A stretch of DNA of 40,000 nucleotides from NCBI GenBank assembly GCA_963783295.1, contig CAWAMX010000018.1, forward strand, positions 95,675 to 135,674, read 5' to 3'. The notes below the pieces were generated by a model. The model had not been told where the DNA came from, searched no databases, and saw only the letters and a list, made by a program, of their open reading frames with translations. The DNA is from an uncultured Chloroflexia bacterium. GTDB lineage: Bacteria; Chloroflexota; Anaerolineae; Anaerolineales; Villigracilaceae. A program made the position numbers and the translations under genes. This document shows, piece after piece, positions 14,777-23,876 of this stretch (its first letter is position 1; each line of letters opens with the position of its first letter).

Positions 14777-16643
14777 ATCGAGTAGGAGGCGGCGGCTAAC
14801 CGCCTCCTCTCACACCACCGGACATGCGGGTCCGCATCCGGCGGTTCATCAAGCAAAACGCAGTTCTTGATACCGTTCTTTGATACTTTTCAGCCCTGAG
14901 TTGTGCCAATAGGTATTGCTCAGGGCTTGGTTTATCACAGGTGAGGCAGACAGTCGCCAAGGACTTGTGCCCTCAGCTCCTTCCTGTGCCCATTGCTTGG
15001 GGACGCCCAGCTTCACTAATTCTCGGTAGCGGGTTATACCCCGTTTCCAGCGTTTCCAAATCAGTTGCCTCAATCGTCGTCGTATCCAACCGTCCAGTTC
15101 TTCAAAAACCTTCGATGCGTCAGCCAGCCGGTAATATCCAATCCAACCGATGATGTAACGGTTGATCTCTTCCAAAATTTGTTCCAACCCGCCGCTTCGA
15201 GTACGTTTTGTCAGGTTACGTAACTTTTCCATAAAGCGTTCCTTCGTCCGGTTCGCTATTCGGATCAGCACGATCCCTTTGCGCTTGAAGAAACTGAACC
15301 CGAGAATTTTCACCTTCCCCGCTTTCTCAACTTTACTCTTCTTGGAGTTGACTTTCAACTTAAGCTTCTTTTCCAGAAACCCTTTCACGCTTTCCATTAC
15401 TCGTTCACCCGCTCGCTGCGTTTTGACATAGATATTGCAGTCATCGGCATAGCGCACAAATTTGTGCCCGCGCTTTTCCAGCTCTTTGTCTAAATCGTCC
15501 AGCATGATATTGGACAGCAATGGGGAGAGCGGACCACCTTGTGGCACACCCTCTTCTGCATCCATTATTACTCCATTAATCATCACTCCCGATTCCAGAT
15601 ACGCTCGGATCAGCTTGAGCACTCGTTTGTCTTTCACCACACGTGCCACGCGGGCCATCAGCATATCGTGATTCACTCGATCAAAGTATTTCTCCAGATC
15701 GATATCCACACACCATTCGTATCCTTCTTGCACATACGTTTGGGCTTGTCTCACGGCTCCATGCGCACTGCGGCCGGGTCGGAACCCGTAGCTATGCTCT
15801 GAAAAGAGCGGTTCGAATAACGGAACCAACACCTGTGCTATCGCTTGCTGGAGTAAGCGATCCACTACATTCGGTATCCCTAACTGCCTGACCCCGCCAT
15901 CGGGTTTGGCGATCTCTACCCGCCTGACTGGGCTCGGCCGATAGGCTCCGCTTTCGAGAATTGCCCTGGTCTCCAACCAATGTTCCTTCAGGTGTGGACG
16001 AAGTTCTTTCACCGTCATCCCGTCGATGCCCGGTGCTCCGCCGTTGCTCTCTACTCGCTTCATCGCTATGAGTAAGTTCTGTCTTTCCCAAATCCTTTCC
16101 CACAGCCCTGCGTCGGAAGTTCGCTCGTCTCGCACTGAGGACGGCTCGGCTCTCGGTTCCAATCCCGTCGGATTCACCGACTTCGCTGGCTCCGCAGTAT
16201 CCCTATCCGGGAAAGACGGCCTTCTGTGTTCATCCTGCAAGCTGCTCAAGTTACTATTCCTGTTTAATGTTCGGCCCTTCCCACTCAAACGGGAGTGGTA
16301 GTATGGCCTCGGCTGACCCCTGCCATTTCAATCCGATTTCTCAATCGGGGTTCCCGGTTTTCCAGTGTAATGGCAGGTCTCCCCAGGTAAGAGCGTTAGC
16401 TGTCTCTGCATCCCTGTCCCATTTACTGCTTCAGCCTTTGACTGCATTGGGCTTCGTTGTTACTTGCCAACTCGCCCTGCCTCACAGCCTCCTATGAGCT
16501 TCTTATTCATCAGGTCGCAGATTTGCCTCCGGCTTCCTCCAGACCCCACCTCACGGTGACGCCCTTGCCTTCAGCTAACGGTTGGTGCAATCTACCTCCG
16601 TAAAGGTCTTTCACCTTCTAGCCAACGCCCATGCTGGGCGCAC
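14777..16643 (-). mobile_element. group II intron (bacterial class C-like), apparently complete, 1867 nt
   Basis: The minus strand begins GTGCGCCCAGCATGGGCG at 16643. Domain V is at about 14845-14814 (CGCCGGAUGCG-gacc-CGCAUGUCCGGUG with 2-nt bulge and a CGC triad). Domain VI is AGGAGGCGG-uuagccg-CCGCCUCCU with a bulged A (14783) 6 nt from the 3' end ...CUCGAU (14777). An RT ORF lies in between, and the element sits immediately after a terminator stem. Confidence 0.85.
14849..16288 (-). CDS. group II intron reverse transcriptase/maturase (no En domain)
   Basis: RT blocks GAPGIDGMT, RQLGIPNVVDR, SYGFRPGRSAH, VDIDLEKYFD, GVPQGGPLSPLLSN, FVRYADDCNIY, plus an X/maturase domain. The true start is probably internal: the first ~50 codons of the maximal TTG-initiated ORF are intron RNA, and the RT-0 block starts near LWERIWERQNLL. 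Confidence 0.9.
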   Translation of the reverse strand: MSGKGRTLNRNSNLSSLQDEHRRPSFPDRDTAEPAKSVNPTGLEPRAEPSSVRDERTSDAGLWERIWERQNLLIAMKRVESNGGAPGIDGMTVKELRPHLKEHWLETRAILESGAYRPSPVRRVEIAKPDGGVRQLGIPNVVDRLLQQAIAQVLVPLFEPLFSEHSYGFRPGRSAHGAVRQAQTYVQEGYEWCVDIDLEKYFDRVNHDMLMARVARVVKDKRVLKLIRAYLESGVMINGVIMDAEEGVPQGGPLSPLLSNIMLDDLDKELEKRGHKFVRYADDCNIYVKTQRAGERVMESVKGFLEKKLKLKVNSKKSKVEKAGKVKILGFSFFKRKGIVLIRIANRTKERFMEKLRNLTKRTRSGGLEQILEEINRYIIGWIGYYRLADASKVFEELDGWIRRRLRQLIWKRWKRGITRYRELVKLGVPKQWAQEGAEGTSPWRLSASPVINQALSNTYWHNSGLKSIKERYQELRFA

Positions 16644-16647
16644 AAAT

Positions 16648-16677
16648 AAGAACGGCGCGGATATCTGCGCCGTTCTT
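16648..16677 (-). terminator. intrinsic terminator of the MBL-hydrolase gene, U-tract interrupted by the group II intron
   Basis: Minus strand: AAGAACGGCGC-agauaucc-GCGCCGUUCUU (11-bp stem), then AUUU, then the intron GUGCG. Joining to the 3' exon (UUUUCAG at 14776 downward) restores AUUUUUUUC. Confidence 0.85.
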
Positions 16678-16699
16678 GCTTAAAATGCAAATCAAAAAC

Positions 16700-17458
16700 C
16701 TAACTGAAATCCAATACCATAAAATCTTCAGCCAACGCAACTTCACCCTGGTAACGTTGATGCGCTTCGGCGATCAGATCTCCGCTAGCGTATTTACCGG
16801 TCGGATAATGGATCAAATATAACTTCCCGACTTCGGCCTGACTGGCAATCTCCGCGGCTTGTGCGGCGGATGAATGTCCGCGCGAGGCACCAGCTGATTC
16901 GTGAATCAAAATGTCCACACCCGCGGCGAGACGGATGACTTGCGCACATGGTTCGGTATCACAGGAATAAGCCATGGTCTTATTGGTATGATTAAATTCA
17001 AAGCGCAGTCCAATCGTCGGCAATAAATGATGAACCGGCGAAGAAAAGATTCGGAAATCGGGAAAGTCAATCACTGTTGTCATTTCCTGCGCGGGCAAAC
17101 GAAAAAAAGCAACAGGGAAAAAATCAGGCCACTCAGACCAGCCATAATACCCCATCAAATCTTCCACCCGATCAAGCGTATGGTGCAGGCCATATATATT
17201 GATCGGCTTGCGACGACCCATCAGCCACATGTCCATCAGCAGGAGCGGTAAGCCAGAGACGTGGTCGGGATGAAAATGCGTCACGATCAAATCTGTTAAA
17301 TCGTTAAAATCAAGACCTGCTTTTTCCAATCTTAAAATCGGATTACTTACGCAATCTACCATCACCATGCGTTCCTCGCCAACCACGACCATATGTGTAT
17401 TCTCATGGTCAGTAGTAGGAATGGCATTGGACGAACCGAGAATGATTACTCTGGGCAT
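16700..17458 (-). CDS. MBL-fold metallo-hydrolase (RNase Z-like subgroup possible)
   Basis: 252-aa ORF with HxHxDH motif (THFHPDHVSG) and later His/Asp ligand positions. Confidence 0.85.
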   Translation of the reverse strand: MPRVIILGSSNAIPTTDHENTHMVVVGEERMVMVDCVSNPILRLEKAGLDFNDLTDLIVTHFHPDHVSGLPLLLMDMWLMGRRKPINIYGLHHTLDRVEDLMGYYGWSEWPDFFPVAFFRLPAQEMTTVIDFPDFRIFSSPVHHLLPTIGLRFEFNHTNKTMAYSCDTEPCAQVIRLAAGVDILIHESAGASRGHSSAAQAAEIASQAEVGKLYLIHYPTGKYASGDLIAEAHQRYQGEVALAEDFMVLDFS

Positions 17459-17470
17459 AGGACACCTATA

Positions 17471-18901
17471 TTATTTAAGCACAGAAGCTAAAATCATCGG
17501 CGTGATATAAGCCTCAATCAGCGCCGCAATTGCCAGCAACGGAACAACCAAACCGATAAAAATCTTGGCCCAATCAGCCAATAATTCAAGTGATATTTGA
17601 CCCATGGATTTTCCCAATTGTGGCGTGACAAGCGCCGCACCAATTCGCAGAACAATTGCGCTGGAGATCATCAATGCTGGGATTTCGAAAATGCCGTGCG
17701 GGAGCAAACCGGCCGCAAATATCAACGTGGGAGAATATCCAATCAATTTAACAATACCCAACACACCCCCAACCAAACCGATATTCAGCAGAAAAGCCAG
17801 CAGACCGAGCACGCTGAAGGAAATCGCCCCGCCCAAAAATACCAAAAAGGTGGCGCGTACATTATTTGAAAAAATAAACAATGCCGATAAGTGCTCTCCT
17901 GTTTGCGCAATACCAGCGGATTGACGCGCGTTCTTCACGATTCCAGATATATCGTTGGTAGTCGCGTTCGGCAGCATTCTTGGCACATTAATGGTCGCCC
18001 ATCGATAACTGACAAGATAGCCGCCAATAGCCAAAACAACAATAATCAAGAACGGAACAAGCAATTGTCGCATCGTTCTTCCAACTTCCAAGCGGTACCA
18101 GCTTCCCAAAGTCTTTGACTCGCCCTTGAACGTGCCCCAAAATGTTTTCCATATCCAACGGAAATTCAATGTATCGAACTCGCGCCCCAATAAATATTCA
18201 CGCTGAAAATGGGCGATGCCCACGCGAATCAGCAAGGAAGCCATGACAAGGACTGCCGCAACGGCTAACCATAAAACCTGATCGTTGCCCCAAAACAATA
18301 ACACACTCTCGCCCTGCATCAACATCGCAACCGGCACTACGATAAAGGAAGCCAGCAAATTCGCTGCCCGCACTGTCGTCGACTGCACCGAGATCACAAT
18401 CGCGGCGCTGACCATCAGAATCGCATGAGCCGTGGTCAGCATGAATAACTGCACAAAGACAGATGCATCCGGCATATGAAGATGCTGACGGGAAACGATG
18501 ATCACATAAAAGATGATGGAGGTATAACCCGCCAACAAAGGCGTGAAAATTCCGACCAAAAGTTTTCCGAAATATAAGTGCCAGTTCTCCAACGGCGAAC
18601 TCAGCAAAGGCTCGATGGTGCCGCGTTCTTTTTCGCCCACGAAAGATTCCAACGCAACCACCAGCGAAATCGTGATCGGGAAGAATCCGATGATCAGAAT
18701 GGAGAACGGAACCAGCCGATCCACGATCAGGTTTGCGCCATATTGATTGATATAAGCAACAGCTTCTTTCGCCACCTCATTCATCAACAAAGGAAAAGCC
18801 AGCGTTAATATCATGAGCGGCGTCAGAATGCGCCAATCGCGAAATTGATCGCGCAATTCCCGCCAGGCTACCAGCCAGACCATTTGCAGATTCTCACGCA
18901 T
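17471..18901 (-). CDS. ABC-2-type transporter permease fused to a SpoIIM/DUF95-like membrane domain
   Basis: Start set at ATG 18901 (MRENLQMVW...), which overlaps the ancestral ATPase stop (ATGCGTGA). N-terminal half is a 6-TM ABC-2-like domain. C-terminal half has the LPHGIFEIPA motif typical of stage II sporulation protein M-like proteins. Confidence 0.7.
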   Translation of the reverse strand: MRENLQMVWLVAWRELRDQFRDWRILTPLMILTLAFPLLMNEVAKEAVAYINQYGANLIVDRLVPFSILIIGFFPITISLVVALESFVGEKERGTIEPLLSSPLENWHLYFGKLLVGIFTPLLAGYTSIIFYVIIVSRQHLHMPDASVFVQLFMLTTAHAILMVSAAIVISVQSTTVRAANLLASFIVVPVAMLMQGESVLLFWGNDQVLWLAVAAVLVMASLLIRVGIAHFQREYLLGREFDTLNFRWIWKTFWGTFKGESKTLGSWYRLEVGRTMRQLLVPFLIIVVLAIGGYLVSYRWATINVPRMLPNATTNDISGIVKNARQSAGIAQTGEHLSALFIFSNNVRATFLVFLGGAISFSVLGLLAFLLNIGLVGGVLGIVKLIGYSPTLIFAAGLLPHGIFEIPALMISSAIVLRIGAALVTPQLGKSMGQISLELLADWAKIFIGLVVPLLAIAALIEAYITPMILASVLK

Positions 18902-19839
18902 GGACAGCCTCCGCGTGCAAAGTCTGCGCATCCGTCATCACTTTGAGATAAACCTGCTCCAGAGCTGCGGGGCACTTCCTGAAACGCCATCAGCGGTGCA
19001 TGCATTGACATCAGTTCACGCATCAGGCGTAGATTCGCTTCGAGCGGGCGCTCCACTCTAAATCGCAGTGAAGACGCATTGCGCTCCATCAACGTTACAC
19101 CCGACGGCAAACTCAATCCGTCGCCATTCCAATCAGAAGAAAGCCGTGCTTCATATTCGGCAACGCCCAGCACTTTTTGTTTCAACTCATCCAATGTACC
19201 AATCATCAAAATCCGTCCCTTGTAAATAATGGCAATCATATCAGCCAGTGCTTCGGCCTCATACAAGTTATGTGTGCAAATTACAATCGTGCGTTGCGAT
19301 GATTTCAAACGCGCGATTTCATCGCGTACCAACCGCGCAGATTCAGGATCCATGGCCGAGGTCGGCTCATCCAGCAAAAGGACCGGCGGTTCATGCATCA
19401 AGGCACGTGCCAGCGCCAGTTTCTGTCTCATCCCTTTGGAATACTCGCCAATGCGGTGCGACGAAGCATTAGCCAATCCAAAATAATCAAGCAGATAATC
19501 GCGCCGCGATTTCCGCATCGTCGCATCGAGACGATAGACCTGACCAAAGAATTCAAGATATTCATCGCCCGTCATGCGCATGTACAAGCCATGTTGTTCG
19601 GTTAGCACGCCAACAGAAGCGCGCACTTCTGCGCCGTGTTTGACAACATCATAACCCGCGACGCGCGCCCAGCCGCGTGTCGGCACCAACAGGGAATTCA
19701 ACATGCGAACTGTGGTGGTTTTGCCGGCACCGTTTTGTCCAAGCAAGGCTAGGATTTGTCCGGGCTTGACAGACAGTGTCACGCCATCAACCGCCCAAAA
19801 ATCATTGAATTGCTTGCTTAAATCATGAATTTCAATCAT
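18868..19839 (-). CDS. ABC transporter ATP-binding protein; last ~25 codons out of frame (1-nt frameshift near 18969-18972)
   Basis: Walker A GQNGAGKTT, signature YSKGMRQKL, Walker B VLLLDEPT. After ...AFQEVPR the alternate frame reads ALEQVYLKVMTDAQTLHAEAVHA* and ends at TGA 18896-18894, overlapping the permease ATG. Confidence 0.9.
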   Translation of the reverse strand: MIEIHDLSKQFNDFWAVDGVTLSVKPGQILALLGQNGAGKTTTVRMLNSLLVPTRGWARVAGYDVVKHGAEVRASVGVLTEQHGLYMRMTGDEYLEFFGQVYRLDATMRKSRRDYLLDYFGLANASSHRIGEYSKGMRQKLALARALMHEPPVLLLDEPTSAMDPESARLVRDEIARLKSSQRTIVICTHNLYEAEALADMIAIIYKGRILMIGTLDELKQKVLGVAEYEARLSSDWNGDGLSLPSGVTLMERNASSLRFRVERPLEANLRLMRELMSMHAPLMAFQEVPRSSGAGLSQSDDGCADFARGGCPCVRICKWSGW

Positions 19840-19851
19840 TATTCACCCAGC

Positions 19852-19894
19852 ATAAAAGAAATGGAGGACAGTGTCAATGAGACAACAGTCCTCC
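19852..19894 (-). terminator. candidate intrinsic terminator downstream of the lgt region
   Basis: Minus strand: GGAGGAC...GUCCUCC (7-bp stem with extra internal pairs) followed by AUUUCUUUUAUG. It lies 25 nt after the stop of the Lys-rich frame (19920), not after the nominal lgt stop (20127). Confidence 0.5.
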
Positions 19895-20126
19895 AAACAA
19901 TTCTGTTAGCAAATACCGACTATTCCCGTTTCTTTGCCTTCCTAGATGATGTTACAGTGGAAGGTTTCTTGCGAGGCGTGGAAGTAGAACGTGACGTTGA
20001 TTTTTTCGCGGCTGGCTTGGACTTTTTAGCGGCTGCCGATGAAGTAGATTTTCTTGCAATCTTTTTTTCTTCAACAGGTTCTTCTGCTCAACCGCCACAA
20101 ACGACAACTCCGCCTTACTTTGGACT

Positions 20127-21002
20127 TCAATCGACTCCTTGGCCCGTTGAACGATGACGCCAGATCAACGTCACCGCGGCAAGAACTGCCACCACGGCCA
20201 CCAGAACCTGATTCGGGTCAATCCCGCCAATCAGCGGATAATCGACTCGGAGAAATTCGAGAAAGAAACGAACTGTCGGATAGAAGATCAAGTAAACAAG
20301 GAAAATATCGCCTCGTTTCATTTTGTTTGCATAGCGGCGCGTGAGCCATACCAACAAAAACATGTTCGCCAGATTCAAGATCGACTCATAAAGAAACAAC
20401 GGATGAAAGCGCGTAATATCCAGCGGATACTTCGTCAAATCGGTATACGGCGCAACGCGTGCGGCGGCATCCGTGATTTTGATACCCCACGGCAAGGTAG
20501 TCGGCGATCCGTATAATTCCTGATTAAAAAAATTACCCCAGCGACCAATCGCCTGGCCCAAAGCAAGACCCGGCGCGACAATATCTGTCCACTCGAGGAA
20601 GCTGACAGCTTTATATTTACGAACATACAAATACAACGCAATCAATCCGCCGATAATAGTGCCGGGGATTCCCAATCCGCCTTTCCAAATCTCGATGACA
20701 TCAAGCGGATGGGTTAGGTAATAGTAGGTTGTTAATCCTGAGGCAGGAGTCGGAGTAAACACATGCCACAACCGGGCTCCGATCACACCGCCAATAATGA
20801 GATAGATCAAGAGATCCCAAACCATCTCCGGGTCATGACCGCGGCGTTTAAGCTCGAGTGAAGCAAGCCATGCGCCTGCGACCGCGCCAAGCATGAGCAT
20901 AATGCCATAATAGTGTAAGATAAATTCGCCGCCAAAGAGACAAAAATGGAAACCGTCAAACTGGAAAAAATTAAACGCAAGAGTACCGCAATGAACTAAC
21001 AT
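20127..21002 (-). CDS. lgt: prolipoprotein diacylglyceryl transferase
   Basis: 291-aa ORF with AAGGAG SD. Motifs HYYGIMLMLG, GARLWHV, GGLGIPGTIIGG, GRWGNFFNQELYG. A Lys/Ala/Ser-rich tail may continue to 19920 (see findings). Confidence 0.92.
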   Translation of the reverse strand: MLVHCGTLAFNFFQFDGFHFCLFGGEFILHYYGIMLMLGAVAGAWLASLELKRRGHDPEMVWDLLIYLIIGGVIGARLWHVFTPTPASGLTTYYYLTHPLDVIEIWKGGLGIPGTIIGGLIALYLYVRKYKAVSFLEWTDIVAPGLALGQAIGRWGNFFNQELYGSPTTLPWGIKITDAAARVAPYTDLTKYPLDITRFHPLFLYESILNLANMFLLVWLTRRYANKMKRGDIFLVYLIFYPTVRFFLEFLRVDYPLIGGIDPNQVLVAVVAVLAAVTLIWRHRSTGQGVD

Positions 21003-21004
21003 CT

Positions 21005-21619
21005 TTATTCTCCTTTATAAACTTTGCGCATTTTATCATGCGCCTGAGTACGCACGACCCAAATGCGCTGAAGAGCCGTGAAGTTAGCAAGTATGGCGAT
21101 GATCCATACACCGATAATCGGGATATTGAACAATAATGTTGGGCCTAAGATTAAATACCGTTCTGCGCGCGTCAGCAAACCTTCTCTGGCGCTGAAACTT
21201 TGCGCCTCAGCACGCGCCTTGACGTAGGAAACCAAAATCGAGCCCGCTGCCGCGACGAAAGTGACAACAGCCATGATAGGTTGATCGGTCATCGCAAAAT
21301 AATAAAGCACGGCGCCAAGAATGATCAACTCCGAATAACGGTCGCTGACCGAATCTACAAACGCACCCCAATCGCTTGCCTCGCCGCGCAAACGAGCCAT
21401 AGTGCCGTCCAACGCGTCAATCGGCCAGACGATCAGAACGATCAACCCGCCAATGCTAATATGTCCGCGAGCAATGAAGTACGCCGCAAACACATTTCCG
21501 GCTACGCCAATCAACGTAACCGAAATGGGTGTCAATCCAATTCGGTTCAGGAATCGAGCAACAGGATCCAGAAACCACTTAAATCCCAAACGTAGAACAT
21601 CTGTGAATGTCTTTTTCAA
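21005..21619 (-). CDS. CDP-alcohol phosphatidyltransferase family protein
   Basis: Signature D-x2-DG-x2-AR-x8-G-x3-D-x3-D present (DALDGTMARLRGEASDWGAFVDSVSD). Start chosen at TTG 21619 with GAGG SD 5 nt upstream; the maximal ORF starts at TTG 21646. Confidence 0.85.
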   Translation of the reverse strand: MKKTFTDVLRLGFKWFLDPVARFLNRIGLTPISVTLIGVAGNVFAAYFIARGHISIGGLIVLIVWPIDALDGTMARLRGEASDWGAFVDSVSDRYSELIILGAVLYYFAMTDQPIMAVVTFVAAAGSILVSYVKARAEAQSFSAREGLLTRAERYLILGPTLLFNIPIIGVWIIAILANFTALQRIWVVRTQAHDKMRKVYKGE

Positions 21620-21683
21620 TGAAACCTCGCAGGCAAGACTGCCCAATGATACCCGAAATTCATACCTGATGCCCTGTCAAAAA

Positions 21684-23864
21684 TTATTCTTCCTCTTCGA
21701 ACGGCATCACGTCGCGCTCTCTTCCACCGCCTTGCGATGGACCAACAATCCCCATTTCCTCAAGCTGGTCTAACAAACGCGCGGCGCGCGGATAGCCAAC
21801 CCGCAAACGACGCTGCAACAATGAAGCGGAGGCGCGTTGTGTGCCGCGCACTATGGAGATCGCTTGCTCGATCAAACCTTCATCTTCGTCTTCGTCAGGT
21901 TCAGTTAGTATTTTTTCCCACGGCGGCGCACTTTCACTTTCCATATTGCTGTTCTTTTGCCAATAATCGAGGATACGCTCGATCTCCATATCCGTAACCA
22001 TAACACCCTGCGCGCGGATAGGATTGCCGACTTCAGGATTCTGAAACAGCATATCGCCATGACCAAGCAAAGTTTCTGCGCCGGTGGTATCAAGGATGAC
22101 GCGCGAATCTATACTGGATGCGACCGCAAATGCCAAGCGCGCAGGGAAGTTGGCCTTAATCAGACCCGTTACCACGTCTGTGGATGGCCGTTGGGTTGCA
22201 ACAATCAAATGGATACCGGTCGCACGCGCCATCTGCGCGAGACGAACCAGATTATGTTCGGTTTGATCCGGCGCGGACATCATCAAATCAGCCAGTTCGT
22301 CAATCAACACAACAATGCGCGGCAGAGTAACGCCATCTTCCTTGCGAGCCTGTTTGCGGTTATAACCTTCGAGATCGCGCACATGCCCGGACTCGAGCAG
22401 ACGATAACGATGTTCCATCTCGAGCACCACCCAACGCAAAACGCCCATGATTCGATCAATGTTGGTTTCGACTTTTCCATAAAGATGTGCGAGGCCATTG
22501 AAGCGAATCAGTTCAACCATCTTCGAGTCGATCATGACCATGCGCAAGTCTTCAGGCGCGTTATTCATTGCAAAGCACGCCGCCAGCGAGGTGATGCATA
22601 CCGATTTTCCAGAACCTGTTGCCCCGGCGATTAACAAATGCGGCATGCGTGCAAGGTCTGCAACGAGCGGATTGCCCGATACATCGCGTCCGAGCGCCAT
22701 GGCCAGCGGAGCGCTATCCTTATGAAACACTCCGCTTTCCAAAATTGGACGCAAGCGCACAACCGTTGAAGTGGAATTCGGCACTTCAATACCCACATAA
22801 GGTTTGCCTGGCACAGGCGCTTCAATTCGCAGTCGCTCCGCAGATAACGCCAACGTCAAATCTTTTTCCAACGCGGCAATCTGTGCCACGCGCACCTTCA
22901 TTTGCTGGGCTTCATCATCCTCATTTGCGCCCGGCCTTTTTATATAGCCCGGCTGCACCGCAAACTGAGTTACCGAGGGACCAATGCGATAACCAATCAC
23001 GGTTGCAGGAATACCAAATTCCGAAAGCGTCTTCATGATCATGCCCGCGGTTTGATTGATTGTCCGCTCGTCATCTCGCGCAGCCTGCTCGGTCATCAAG
23101 ATATTGAGCGGCGGCAACCCCTCTTCACGTGGGATTGGTTTGATCGGCTTCTCACTTTTTTTATCAACGGCTTTCAACGACGGTTGAAATTCGGGCGGAA
23201 GCGGAGTAGACTTTTTCCTTCTAAGTGCAGACTTTGCAGGTTGCTCTTCCTTCGAAGATTGAGCAACCGCTTCTTTCTGATCTGTTTGCGGCGGAGGCAT
23301 CATAGGCTCGCCCGCCAACTTCAAAAGCCACGCTTCGAAAACAGCCCACAACCCAAACCCAGTGATAACTGTCAACAGCCATAGAATACACATAATCAAC
23401 GCTGCCCACACAGGTCCGGCATACCTATCAAGGAAATATGCAATGCTCCAGCCCAAACGTCCGCCGTCCAGACCAGATTCTGCGCGGGCGAGTAAATCGC
23501 TTCCGATAACAGCAAGCAAACCCAAAGTCAGAAGCGCGGCGAGTTCAAGAGATAGAATCCGAAACAAACCGAGTGGTTTGTTATCGTGGCGAAGGAGAAC
23601 AAAACCGCCATATCCGATCGCAATAACAATTACGTAACCTCCCCAGCCAAACCACTTTGAAAGAAACTCCGACCACGGTGTCAATAGAATGCCGCTGGTC
23701 AGATTCCATAGCGCAAGCAAAGACATCAGCGCGCCAGCAATCAACAGAACGCCCACCACATCGCGCAAATAACGCCCGAAATGCAAGTTGAAATGCCCGA
23801 AGCGATCCAGCCAATCGTCGGTAACAGGTTTTTGTGGATCGCTCTGTTCAGAATTAATCGGCAT
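21684..23864 (-). CDS. ftsK: DNA translocase FtsK
   Basis: 726-aa ORF. N-terminal TM segments, Pro/Lys-rich linker, motor domain with Walker A GATGSGKS and Walker B VVLIDELADL, and gamma wHTH domain (LLQRRLRVGYPRAARLLDQLEEMGIVGP). Confidence 0.95.
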   Translation of the reverse strand: MPINSEQSDPQKPVTDDWLDRFGHFNLHFGRYLRDVVGVLLIAGALMSLLALWNLTSGILLTPWSEFLSKWFGWGGYVIVIAIGYGGFVLLRHDNKPLGLFRILSLELAALLTLGLLAVIGSDLLARAESGLDGGRLGWSIAYFLDRYAGPVWAALIMCILWLLTVITGFGLWAVFEAWLLKLAGEPMMPPPQTDQKEAVAQSSKEEQPAKSALRRKKSTPLPPEFQPSLKAVDKKSEKPIKPIPREEGLPPLNILMTEQAARDDERTINQTAGMIMKTLSEFGIPATVIGYRIGPSVTQFAVQPGYIKRPGANEDDEAQQMKVRVAQIAALEKDLTLALSAERLRIEAPVPGKPYVGIEVPNSTSTVVRLRPILESGVFHKDSAPLAMALGRDVSGNPLVADLARMPHLLIAGATGSGKSVCITSLAACFAMNNAPEDLRMVMIDSKMVELIRFNGLAHLYGKVETNIDRIMGVLRWVVLEMEHRYRLLESGHVRDLEGYNRKQARKEDGVTLPRIVVLIDELADLMMSAPDQTEHNLVRLAQMARATGIHLIVATQRPSTDVVTGLIKANFPARLAFAVASSIDSRVILDTTGAETLLGHGDMLFQNPEVGNPIRAQGVMVTDMEIERILDYWQKNSNMESESAPPWEKILTEPDEDEDEGLIEQAISIVRGTQRASASLLQRRLRVGYPRAARLLDQLEEMGIVGPSQGGGRERDVMPFEEEE

Positions 23865-23876
23865 GAGTAAAAAGAA

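Noticed and set aside
14185-16288. HNH endonuclease next to a reverse transcriptase as a retron/defence-type module
   Set aside because: The RT sits inside a complete group II intron (5' GUGCG, DV, DVI, maturase domain) on the opposite strand. The HNH gene is outside the intron boundaries and has its own promoter. The adjacency is explained by intron homing to the neighbouring terminator.
19825-20157. 110-aa plus-strand ORF between the ABC operon and lgt
   Set aside because: It is an antisense shadow of the Lys-rich frame downstream of lgt (AAG/AAA read as CTT/TTT gives Phe/Leu-rich text). It has no SD and overlaps the ATPase start.
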